Of a stretch of DNA of 64,000 bases, positions 53,936 to 64,000 are shown piece after piece; the stretch's first letter is position 1, and every line of letters begins with the position of its first letter. Position numbers and translations under genes: made by a program. The notes below the pieces were generated by a model, which saw only the letters and a program-made list of their open reading frames with translations, was not told the DNA's origin and did no database searches. The stretch is taken from NCBI GenBank assembly GCA_964016885.1, contig OZ024740.1:82398001-82462000 (forward strand), written 5' to 3'. The stretch is from Eledone cirrhosa (Eukaryota).

Positions 53936-54107
53936 AATATATATATATTGTTATACTTTGGGAGGGTCATGTTGCCAATAAGAAACACACGCACCAGTTG
54001 CTTTCACTTCAATTTAATTTATTATATATTTATAAATTTACAAATTTATAAATTTCTGGTTGGTTGGTTGGTTCCACAACCAGATAGTTGTTTATATATA
54101 TATATAT

Positions 54108-54152
54108 AGTCATAGTTCTTTCGTCACACACTCTGTGACCTCTTCAGTGACT
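54108..54152 (-). ncRNA. Minimal hammerhead ribozyme with canonical core
   Basis: Minus strand reads AGTCA-CTGAAGA-G-GTCACA-GAGTG-TGTGAC-GAAA-GAAC-TA-TGACT. Confidence 0.85.
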
Positions 54153-54479
54153 GGGGATTTCTTTCTTCGTTTCTGTGCCTTTCCTTTCTTCTATCCTACG
54201 CCATTTTGTTTGTGTGTGGGTTGCGTGCTCAGTTTGCGCATGCGCCACATCCGGGTGTCTGTGTGTGTTTGTGTTCAATTTTCTATCTTTCTATTTATAT
54301 TTTTCTATTTGTTTGTTTATTTATTTATTTATTGTTGGTTGGTTGTTTGTTCTATGTGTGTGTGTGTTTTCATTTTGTCTTGTGTGTGTTTTCATTTTGT
54401 CTTGTGTGTGTTTTCATTTTGTGTGTGTTTTCAATTGTAAGTTGTTTGTTCTATGTGTGTGTGTGTTTTCATTTTGTCC

Positions 54480-56636
54480 TTAATTGTAAGTTGTGATGTT
54501 GCTGTTCCACTCATATTTTCTATTTAATTTTGGTTTTAATTCTTTTATGCTTACTGCCTCTGTAATTTGCCTAAACATTGCGTCTTTCTTGTGTGTGGAT
54601 TCTATTTTTATTTCTATGCTCTCTATTTTACCCCTGTGTTCTATCTTAGCATGTTGGTAGAGCACAGATGATTCTTTATTATCTTGGAGGTCTCGCCAGT
54701 GTTCATTTATTCGTTCCCCTATACTACGAGCTGTCTCACCTATGTACACTATATTTTTGTTTCTACATTGTCCTTCAGTACATCTTATGCTATATACTAC
54801 ATTTCTAGTTTTACAGTTAATATGGGGGCTTATTTTACAGGTTATACATTTCTTATCTATACATGAGGGTCTTTGGAACGGGTATGTCTTGCTAATAAGT
54901 GTTTTTACGGAGGTTCCAGGTCTTTCTACTATCTTAATATTGAGATTATGTTTCTTTAGGGCCCTTCTAAATTTGTAGGCTAGTTCGCATCTAGGGGTTG
55001 TATTGATGAACATTACACTCTGGTATTTATTGCTATCATACCATGAGTTTATTCTATTGGCCTTGTTCTTAGTTCTTTCTATTCTATTCCAAAATTTGCT
55101 CCTATACAAGGGGCAGGTCCCATTTATGTCATTATTTACCATTTTTTCCCATTTGGTTCTGGCTCCTTTATACACTCTGATTCTATCTCTCTGATTGTAG
55201 CCAGAGAACTGCATACGGTGGATGAAGTGTTGTATGTGTCTCTCTAGTTCTTCGGGGTTGCACATGCGGGACACATTTCTCATCACCCGTACCAAATCCG
55301 CAATCAGTATGTTGATTTTGGTATGGTCCGAAATGGCCGAGTTTCGGTGGATCAGATGTTTGGAAGTCATGGGTTTGGCATAATGGGAATGGAGGATTTG
55401 TTTTTGGTTGTTAATTGTATCTAACCAGAGCTCTGTGTCTAGTACAGGTAATCGATGGTTGGGGTGTCTACTTGGGTAGTCTATAGTAACTCTAATGCTC
55501 TGGTGGATGGAGTTTGCTATTTGCTGGATGCTTTCCATTGTGTTTTTCTCTAGTTCCTGACTGTTCTTTAGTGGGGGTGTCTTAACTACAATGTTTATAT
55601 CATCTACGTAGCGGGAGTACATTATCAGGGTTAAGCTGTCTTCTAATTGTTCATTAAGTTTTTGTTTAAGTCTACTGTCCCACCATACCATGAATAAGTT
55701 AGCTATGTCGCCTGCAATGCTAACACCAATGGCTGCTCCTTCCTCTTGGGCATATGTTTTACCATTAAATTTGAACATATGTTCCTTAAGGGTTAATTTT
55801 ATGCTGGCCCCTACCGCATGTGCAATCATTTTCTTCAGTTCATCGTGGTTTTCGTGTGTCCGTATGGCTCTGGTCCACCAGTTCCATCTATCTGTGTGGG
55901 TTTTCTTGGCCATTGAGGTAATGGTAGGTGGTCTGCCTCTTGCTGGTCTTGTAGGGCACAGGTTGCTAAGGTCATAAGTGTCTAGGTAACTATTACTATG
56001 GGTAAGCTTAAGTAGAAGTCCCAGCTCACTGGTATCAATCCCACGGAACTCAACCTTGTTCTCGCTGATCATTTCGACGCATTTCTCCACAGCAAAATCC
56101 ACGTCAATAGATGGATACAGGGACACAACATCCATACTGCCTATTATGCAGTTTGTTAGATCCCCAGATCGGTTACCCGCGCCGATTCTGCTGAGGAGGT
56201 CCTCCGTGCTGTCACACACATCTGGGTACATCTCAATGATGGGGCGTATGATCAGGGAGAGGAAGTAGGACAGTCTGTAGTTACTAGCAATGTTAGCCCC
56301 ACAGACTGGCCGTGTTGGTGGTCCCGCGACAGGGTCCCAGCCCGTTTTATGGTCTTTTCGAAGCCCATACAACGCCGGCACGTCATTGTTCCAGGCCTGG
56401 AAGTTGTTGGCAGTCCTTTTGTTGGGCTGCATTATATTTGTCCACATCACCATATGGGCATTGAGGGTTTTTTCTCTATCCTCATGCTCCTGTGGTGTTA
56501 CCTCTCTTGTGTTAGTGATGTGGGGTTGCATTGCCTGGATGTAGTTTGGCAGGCTGTCAACCGACATTCTGCCAGACTTGTCTGTTGGAAAGCATGCTAT
56601 CTCTCCATTACGCGAGCGCTGCATGAGCTTACGCAA
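54480..56636 (-). CDS. PLE RT and GIY-YIG endonuclease, 718 aa open, N-terminally truncated
   Basis: PTDKSG, LYGLRKDHK, TRPVCG, MDVVSLYPSI, GAAIG, YSRYVDD, NVVYSIRC..YIGETARSIGERINEH. Confidence 0.88.
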   Translation of the reverse strand: MRKLMQRSRNGEIACFPTDKSGRMSVDSLPNYIQAMQPHITNTREVTPQEHEDREKTLNAHMVMWTNIMQPNKRTANNFQAWNNDVPALYGLRKDHKTGWDPVAGPPTRPVCGANIASNYRLSYFLSLIIRPIIEMYPDVCDSTEDLLSRIGAGNRSGDLTNCIIGSMDVVSLYPSIDVDFAVEKCVEMISENKVEFRGIDTSELGLLLKLTHSNSYLDTYDLSNLCPTRPARGRPPTITSMAKKTHTDRWNWWTRAIRTHENHDELKKMIAHAVGASIKLTLKEHMFKFNGKTYAQEEGAAIGVSIAGDIANLFMVWWDSRLKQKLNEQLEDSLTLIMYSRYVDDINIVVKTPPLKNSQELEKNTMESIQQIANSIHQSIRVTIDYPSRHPNHRLPVLDTELWLDTINNQKQILHSHYAKPMTSKHLIHRNSAISDHTKINILIADLVRVMRNVSRMCNPEELERHIQHFIHRMQFSGYNQRDRIRVYKGARTKWEKMVNNDINGTCPLYRSKFWNRIERTKNKANRINSWYDSNKYQSVMFINTTPRCELAYKFRRALKKHNLNIKIVERPGTSVKTLISKTYPFQRPSCIDKKCITCKISPHINCKTRNVVYSIRCTEGQCRNKNIVYIGETARSIGERINEHWRDLQDNKESSVLYQHAKIEHRGKIESIEIKIESTHKKDAMFRQITEAVSIKELKPKLNRKYEWNSNITTYN

Positions 56637-57134
56637 GCCATTTGCAGATTCTTTTCCCAGTTGCTGGGCCTCTATTCTATTATGCTTCTTGCTATACTGT
56701 TCTATAATATTTCTAAGTTCGGATTTAGCTATACTAAATTGTGCTTCTGTTTGTTCATCGACCTGCTAAGGCAACTGCGTGCGTTTGTTAAATGGCAAAG
56801 TCGTGGCGTGGACTCGTCGTAGGTCGAATGATTTATCATAAAAGAATTAAAACCAAAATTAAATAGAAAATATGAGTGGAACAGCAACATCACAACTTAC
56901 AATTAAGGACAAAATGAAAACACACACACACATAGAACAAACAACCAACCAACAATAAATAAATAAATAAACAAACAAATAGAAAAATATAAATAGAAAA
57001 ATAGAAAAATGAACACAAACACACACAGACACCCGGATGTGGCGCATGCGCAAACTGAGCACGCAACCCACACACAAACAAAATGACGTAGGATAGAAGA
57101 AAGGAAAGGCACAGAAACGAAGAAAGAAATACCC

Positions 57135-57179
57135 AGTCACTGAAGAGGTCACAGAGTGTGTGACGAAAGAACTATGACT
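57135..57179 (+). ncRNA. Minimal hammerhead ribozyme (inverted pLTR copy)
   Basis: AGTCA-CTGAAGA-G-GTCACA-GAGTG-TGTGAC-GAAA-GAAC-TA-TGACT. Confidence 0.85.
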
Positions 57180-57427
57180 ATATATATATATATAAACAAC
57201 TATCTGGTTGTGGAACCAACCAACCAACCAGAAATTTATAAATTTGTAAATTTATAAATATATAATAAATTAACTTGAAGTGAAAGCAACTGGTGCGTGT
57301 GTTTCTTATTGGCAACATGACCCTCCCAAAGTATAACAATATCGGTTTCAACACACGATTTCAGATAAAGAATCTTGCTAAACAAATTCAGAAACGAAAT
57401 ATATATATATTTATATATATATATATG

Positions 57428-57593
<166 letters not shown>

Positions 57594-57743
57594 CAAAAAT
57601 AAATGGATAGTCCTTACGGACATCCATTGAAAATAAAGACTCTCGTCAGAAGGTTCTTTTCACTCGGTGAATATAAAATTCCACAGTTCAAATTACGAAC
57701 TGGCGCTATTTAAAATTGTTCCCGAGATGAGAGTATATACATA

Positions 57744-57792
<49 letters not shown>

Positions 57793-57805
57793 CATATATG
57801 TATAC

Positions 57806-57905
<100 letters not shown>

Positions 57906-58165
57906 ATATATACATATATATATACATATATATGTATACATATATATATATATATATGTATACATATATATGTATATATATATGTATATGTATATATGTA
58001 TATGTACGTCAATACTCATCTTTTTCCATTTATATGAGGGTTCTAAACCCCATTATCAGGGTAAAATTCCTTTAGTCAAAAATATGGTGAAAGCTATTCT
58101 ATTTTCTAATTACATACCTGCTCACTGTTTCAAAACATACTTACTATATATATATGTATATATAT

Positions 58166-58241
<76 letters not shown>

Positions 58242-58244
<3 letters not shown>

Positions 58245-59283
58245 ATCTTACAGGCTTATGGAATCCCCAAGAGGATAGTGGACCTAATATCACTGCTCTA
58301 CACCAACACCAAAGCCCAAGTCATTACACCTGATGGTATGACAGAGTTCTTTGAGATACTGGCTGGAGTGCTCCAGGGAGATACATTGGCTCCCTACTTT
58401 TTTATCATCGTAGTGGACTATTGTATGCGCCTTGCACTGGAGAAACACCAGGACTCTGGCTTTACTGTAGCACCGGCTCAGAGCAGGAGAGTTGGGGCGA
58501 AAAAGGTATCGGATGCTGAATTTGCCGACGACATAGTTTTGGTGACAAATACAGTGAAGGAGGCAGAGGATTTGATGCGGGAGGTTGAGACTGTGTCGAT
58601 GACTGTGTCGATGAGAATGAATGAGACTAAAACAAAATATCTGGTAGAGAATGTTGAGAAGCCAGAGGGGATCACTAATGTAGGCGGGAAGCCGCTGGAA
58701 TTGGTTGAGGACTTCCTGTATTTGGGAGCAAAGATTGGGAATACGGAGGATGATGTGGTTGAGAGGAAGAGCAAGGCCTGGGCGGCGTGCCACAGCTTGA
58801 GATCGGTGTGGAAGTAGGACATTCGTAGAGACCTGAAAGTCCGCCTTTTCATTGCTGTAGTGGAGTCTGTGCTGCTGTATGGGTCTGAGACTTGGACACT
58901 GACCAAGTAACTCACTCAGATGGTGGATGGGTGCTACACGAGAATGCTGAGGATGGCTCTGAACATTAATCAGTATACACTGAGGATGAACAACTCAGAG
59001 CTGTATGGGAGCATCCCAAAAGTCAGCTCAAAAGTGACACAGAGGAGACTGAGGTTGGCTGGACATGCTCACCGACATCCAGAGTTGACATTGCACTCAG
59101 TGCTCCTTTGGGAGCCCCTACATGGACACACTAGAAGAGGAAGACCAAGGTTAACATATGTTAATGCCCTAAGGACAGACACTGGTCTGTTGGAGATGCA
59201 GGATATGGCAGCGATAATGAGGGACAGAGACCGCTGGAGAGAACTCGTCCATGGATCTCGGGAATTTTACCCGCCTTAGATAG

Positions 59284-59290
<7 letters not shown>
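58242..59290 (+). mobile_element. RTE-group LINE, 5'-truncated
   Basis: AYGIP..GVLQGDTLAPYFF..EFADD..VEDFLYLG, LLYGSETWTL, RRLRLAGH..RGRPRLTY. Ends in a (TAGA)n tail and sits inside (TA)n. Confidence 0.88.
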
Positions 59291-59340
<50 letters not shown>

Positions 59341-59346
59341 AATATT

Positions 59347-59490
<144 letters not shown>

Positions 59491-59509
59491 TATATGTATA
59501 TATAAATGA

Positions 59510-59584
<75 letters not shown>

Positions 59585-59633
59585 AATATATATATATACA
59601 TATATATATGTATTCTATTTTCTAATATTTATA

Positions 59634-59696
<63 letters not shown>

Positions 59697-59708
59697 GTAT
59701 ATATATAC

Positions 59709-59768
<60 letters not shown>

Positions 59769-59888
59769 TGGTAAACGGAATAGAAAATGCTGACAAATTG
59801 TTCACAGTTGAAAAATGGTTTAATTAGGAATAAAAGAGTATTAGTGATTGTATGGGTTAGTATTCAGTTGTGGTTTTAAGTTTTTAAG

Positions 59889-59926
59889 TTTTTACCGGTT
59901 GCGCATTTCTAAATGCTTTTCAAAAA
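59889..59926 (-). ncRNA. Minimal hammerhead motif, U3-A8 variant with A13>C lesion
   Basis: Minus strand reads TTT-TTGAAAA-GCATTT-AG-AAATGC-GCAA-CCGG-TA-AAA. It is homologous to 44254-44286 but has a different helix II. Confidence 0.62.
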
Positions 59927-60247
59927 TAATTTTGAGATAGAGTGTCCGTGCTGTTTGCTCTGATCTGATTAGTTTTGGGAATTCTACCTGTTTTTATGTT
60001 AAAAAAATGGCTCCAGCGTTATTTTTGTGTTGTAAAAGTGCTTGTGGTCAAAACAATTTTGATTGGTCGGTAGAGGTCATGTGAATGTAAAAAGTTGATT
60101 TTGCGCCAAGACTGTTTTTATGTTAAAATGTTAGAAAAGTGGCTCCAGCAAAAATTATGGTCAAAACAATTTTGATTGGTCGGTAGAGGTCATGTGGATA
60201 AAAAATTGGTTTTGCGCCAAGATTGAGAAATGACTCTTTCACAACAA

Positions 60248-60299
<52 letters not shown>

Positions 60300-60368
60300 T
60301 TGTAGTAGTAAGGTGTTCGATGCTGCGACAATAGCCACCAGCGATGTGTGTCAAATGGCTATTAAGAT

Positions 60369-60420
<52 letters not shown>

Positions 60421-60717
60421 ACATACACACAGCAGAGTCATTCGAAGGTCAAAAGATATTTTTCAGCTTTTGTCTTATACGGAGAAGTGCGTGTGTGTGT
60501 GTGTGTGTGTGTATAAGTCTCATTGTATGTTGATGTACGCGTGTGTATGTGTTTGTGTATATATGTGTGTGTGTGTGTGTGTGTGCGTGTGTGGGTGGAC
60601 CAGTATTTTTTTCCCCCCTGGTAAAATGGTGTACATTATTCGATTTTTTCAGTAAAATCGGTTCTCTTAATAGAACATCAACAATCTTAACAATAAAAGG
60701 TGTGAAATGATATTCAC

Positions 60718-60762
<45 letters not shown>

Positions 60763-60938
60763 TTTCACTACATATATATATATATATATACATATATACA
60801 TACATATATATGCACATATATTTTTTTGTATTGCACCATAGAGCATGTGTGTTTACGTGTGTCATTGTGTTTATATGTGGGTAGAGATGTGTGCTGATGT
60901 AGGTATGTATGTTGACGTGTGTATGTTGTGGGTTCGTC

Positions 60939-63086
60939 TTAGGGAGAAGTGTTTAGACGGGGTCCGTATTTGTTAATGAAGTAAGATTCCTTGCTGATGC
61001 GCTGGGTGTGGGTGGCATTATCTTTAAATTTGTAGAGGGGAAAGATTCTGAAGTTGGGATGATTTTGGGCGGCGCAGGTATCAATGTGTTCACTCAGTGG
61101 TATTTTCCTGTATTCCCGTATTTTAATTTGGGATCTATGGACAGTCATGCGTTGGCGGAGGCTGTTTTTGGTCTGGCCTATGTATTGTTCTCGACAACCT
61201 GAACAAGTTAATACATATATTAAATTTTCCGATGCACATGTGAAATTGTGTTTTACTATAAAACGTTGTCCATCTTTGAAATAGAATTCCGAACCCTCTA
61301 TTAGGTTGATGCAAATGCCACAGTTGGGTCTATCGCATTTTTTTACTGTGGGTTTCGTTGTTGTGGTTGGCAGTACTTTGGCATGTGTTAAGATGTTTTT
61401 CATTGACTTGGATTGTCTTTTGCTCTTTATGATATCGTGTGTTCGTAGAATTTGGTTCATTCTATGGTCCTTTTTCAATACAGGGATGTTCTGGAGGATG
61501 GTGTCAAAGGCCTCGTTGTTGAGGGGGTTGTGTGTGGAGATGTATGGAAGAGCTTTTAGTTTTGGTTGATTTACTTTAGGGTGTCTAAGGTCCTGGGTAC
61601 TGAGTTTTAGGGCACGTTGGATTCCATTGTCAATTAGTGATGCAGGGTAGTCCCTGCCTATGAGTGTGTCCTTTAGTTCTTGTAGCCTTAAGTAGCAGAT
61701 GTTTTTATTGGAGACTATAGTACAGATTCTCTTGGCTAAGTTGTAGGGAATATTAATTTTAACGTGTCTAGGGTGGCAAGAGTTGAAGGGGAGGTATTGC
61801 TTGGAGTCTGTGGGCTTGTAGTATATGTCTGTTTCTATTTTTTTGTTATGGATCTTAATGAGGATGTCGAGGAAGGGGAGTTGTTGATGGCTGTATTCCA
61901 TCGTGAAGTTAATATTTGTGTTGAGCCCATTTATAAGGGTGTGAAATTCTTTAAGTTTTTCGATGTTTTCGTGCCAAAGGATGAAGCAGTCATCAAGATA
62001 TCGCTTCCAGTTCCTTTCAATGTGTAAGTAGAGGGTGTTTCCAAATTTGTTTAGGACTTTAGTGTAGAGGGTGATTTCCAGGTATCCCATGACTAGGTTG
62101 GCATACGTAGGGGCTGTTTTCGTTCCCATAGCGGTCCCAGATTTCTGCCTGTAGGGTTTGTTATTGAAAACGAAGTAATTGTTCTCCAAGATAAATTTGA
62201 GTCCCTCTATCACGAATTCTTTTTTGATGCGTTGTGGGAGTTCATTGTGGAAGTTATCCAGCCAGAATTGGATAGCTTCTATTCCTAGGTTGTGGGGGAT
62301 GTTGGAGTATAGGTTGACTACATCGAACGTCACTAGTAGGGTTTGTTCAGAAAGTGGCATATTAGGGAGGTGATTGAGCATATCTAGGTCGTCCCTTATA
62401 TAGCTTTTGATGTGCTTGAGGAAGGGTTTGAGAAGGGTATCAATGAAGTTGCTAAGACGGTGCGTTTCGCAAGCGGGGCCTGCTATTATAGGTCTTAATT
62501 TGAGATCATTGGGTGAGGGGACATTGATGACTATGTCTGTGGCTTCCTTGCATGCCTTACTGATTGATTCGCTTTTATGTACTTTAGGGATACCGTAGAA
62601 AAGGCTGGATTTACTTGTGAAGTCTGTGATGAAGCTGAATTCCTTGTTAGTGAGTCCTTCTTTGTATTGGTTGATTAGAGTTTTTAGGTTTCTCATAATT
62701 TTCTGTTGATTGTAGTGTTCAGTCTTTTCGTAGTATGTTTCGTTTTCCAAAGTGGAGAGCGCTAAGTTGATATAGAATTCTGTCTCCATTAGGACTACTG
62801 TACTCCCTTTATCAGCCTCTTTAATTGTAATGGTTCTGTCGGTTTTTAATCTATTTAATTCTTCCCATTCTTTCTTGTTGAGGTTTGGCTTGTGTTTTTG
62901 TCTGTGCAAGTGTTGGTAAGGGAAGTTTGTGATGTGTTCACAGAATTCGTCCAGGATTTTATTTCTACCTTTTGAAGGGGTGTAATTGCTTCTATTTCTG
63001 GCTAATGATTCATCCTCATTGTACTGGTCGAATAGTTGTTCACTAAGTCGTAACTTTCTACAGAAGTCTGTGATGTCTTCCTTCAT
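60939..63086 (-). CDS. PLE RT and GIY-YIG endonuclease, 715 aa uninterrupted
   Basis: ADKG, FYGIPKVHK, LRPIIAG, FDVVNLYSNI, GTAMGT, WKRYLDD, LPFLD, CDRPNCGIC, NLIYVLTCSGC..YIGQT..RMTVH. Confidence 0.9.
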   Translation of the reverse strand: MKEDITDFCRKLRLSEQLFDQYNEDESLARNRSNYTPSKGRNKILDEFCEHITNFPYQHLHRQKHKPNLNKKEWEELNRLKTDRTITIKEADKGSTVVLMETEFYINLALSTLENETYYEKTEHYNQQKIMRNLKTLINQYKEGLTNKEFSFITDFTSKSSLFYGIPKVHKSESISKACKEATDIVINVPSPNDLKLRPIIAGPACETHRLSNFIDTLLKPFLKHIKSYIRDDLDMLNHLPNMPLSEQTLLVTFDVVNLYSNIPHNLGIEAIQFWLDNFHNELPQRIKKEFVIEGLKFILENNYFVFNNKPYRQKSGTAMGTKTAPTYANLVMGYLEITLYTKVLNKFGNTLYLHIERNWKRYLDDCFILWHENIEKLKEFHTLINGLNTNINFTMEYSHQQLPFLDILIKIHNKKIETDIYYKPTDSKQYLPFNSCHPRHVKINIPYNLAKRICTIVSNKNICYLRLQELKDTLIGRDYPASLIDNGIQRALKLSTQDLRHPKVNQPKLKALPYISTHNPLNNEAFDTILQNIPVLKKDHRMNQILRTHDIIKSKRQSKSMKNILTHAKVLPTTTTKPTVKKCDRPNCGICINLIEGSEFYFKDGQRFIVKHNFTCASENLIYVLTCSGCREQYIGQTKNSLRQRMTVHRSQIKIREYRKIPLSEHIDTCAAQNHPNFRIFPLYKFKDNATHTQRISKESYFINKYGPRLNTSP

Positions 63087-63421
63087 TTCATAGTAGTTAG
63101 GACGTAGTGGGGTCGGTGTGAATTTAAGACCTTTGGAGAGTAAGTTGATAAGGTTGGGTGTTGGTTCTGCACTAGTAAGATTGATAATTTTTATTACTAT
63201 CGGTTTCTCCTCCCTGTCTTGTGTTATTTTGTTTGCCTGTATCTGTGTGCTTTGTCTAAAAAATGGTTGGGGTAGAGGGGTTGTCTGCTGATGTTAAGTG
63301 GTCTCCTGTGCTTGTTATATTCCTTGTTGTTGTAAAATGTGGTTCGGGTTGGTGGTTGTAGATTGAATGGGGTGTTCCTGTACTGCGAGTATGGGTGTGT
63401 GTTTCTATGTATATATATATG

Positions 63422-63570
<149 letters not shown>

Positions 63571-64000
63571 ACAAATGAATAATAACAGGTAGACATCATG
63601 TGCTTACAAATGTTTCCACGGTGGTACTGCAGCCTAGTTATGCTATGTGCAAATTTACAACTATTTGCAAAACTCAAATATCCAATGCTGTGACCACTCT
63701 ATCCTCAGAGCAGAATGGTTTAAATGTACAATGTAAATACCCTTAAGTGGGGTTGTTGGAGATGATAGAGTAGAAAAGGAAGAGAGAAAAGTAGAGGAGT
63801 GCGAGAGAGAGAGAAATATATGCATGGGTTGGAGAGATAGGAGAGAGTGGTTTGTAGATATCTTAATCAAAATGTTACGGTAGGGGTTTTATTATACTGG
63901 TTACATTTGGAGAGATGCGTTGATAGTTAAGGTCGGAATTATTTATTGCCCCAGAGGGCAGGTTCATAGATGTGGAGAGGGAGGTAAGCCAAAGGCGAGA

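Larger units (their letters stand above)
53945..57400 (-). mobile_element. PLE (lineage of 49865-52075) with inverted pLTR at its 5' end
   Basis: 56837-57342 is the reverse complement of about 53945-54549, minus internal simple repeats. A tail runs to 57400, and (TA)n flanks both ends. Confidence 0.92.
59770..63408 (-). mobile_element. Neptune-like PLE, near full length
   Basis: ORF 60939-63086 plus upstream in-frame INLT..LLSKGLKFTPTP. The 3' UTR contains (CA)n and an HHR motif. (TA)n flanks both ends. Boundaries are approximate. Confidence 0.88.

Overview
AT-rich eukaryotic DNA, almost entirely nested transposable elements separated by (TA)n, (CA)n and (ATT)n microsatellites. I can identify no host gene. 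A cephalopod (octopus-like) source is inferred from the SINE type and repeat landscape. Elements present: a decayed Buster-type hAT transposon with a nested TIR element, tRNA-derived SINEs, about nine Penelope-like elements (PLEs; RT plus C-terminal GIY-YIG) from at least three lineages, a dead Ty3/gypsy element, two Tx1/L1 LINEs, three R4/Dong-like LINE pieces, and CR1-like and RTE-like fragments. The ORF track misses the main signal. Manual folding finds about 16 type I hammerhead ribozyme (HHR) motifs in several sequence families, with one at the 3' end or pseudo-LTR of every PLE identified. They include U3-A8 core variants and minimal forms with a palindromic helix III. One ORF-less 513-bp tandem repeat carries an HHR-like motif in each unit, a retrozyme/circular-RNA-like architecture. 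Other points: a young PLE with near-perfect 1.5-kb inverted arms, and apparent target partitioning, with PLE and RTE in (TA)n and Tx1 and R4/Dong in (ATT)n. All folds and clade calls were made by eye and need computational confirmation.
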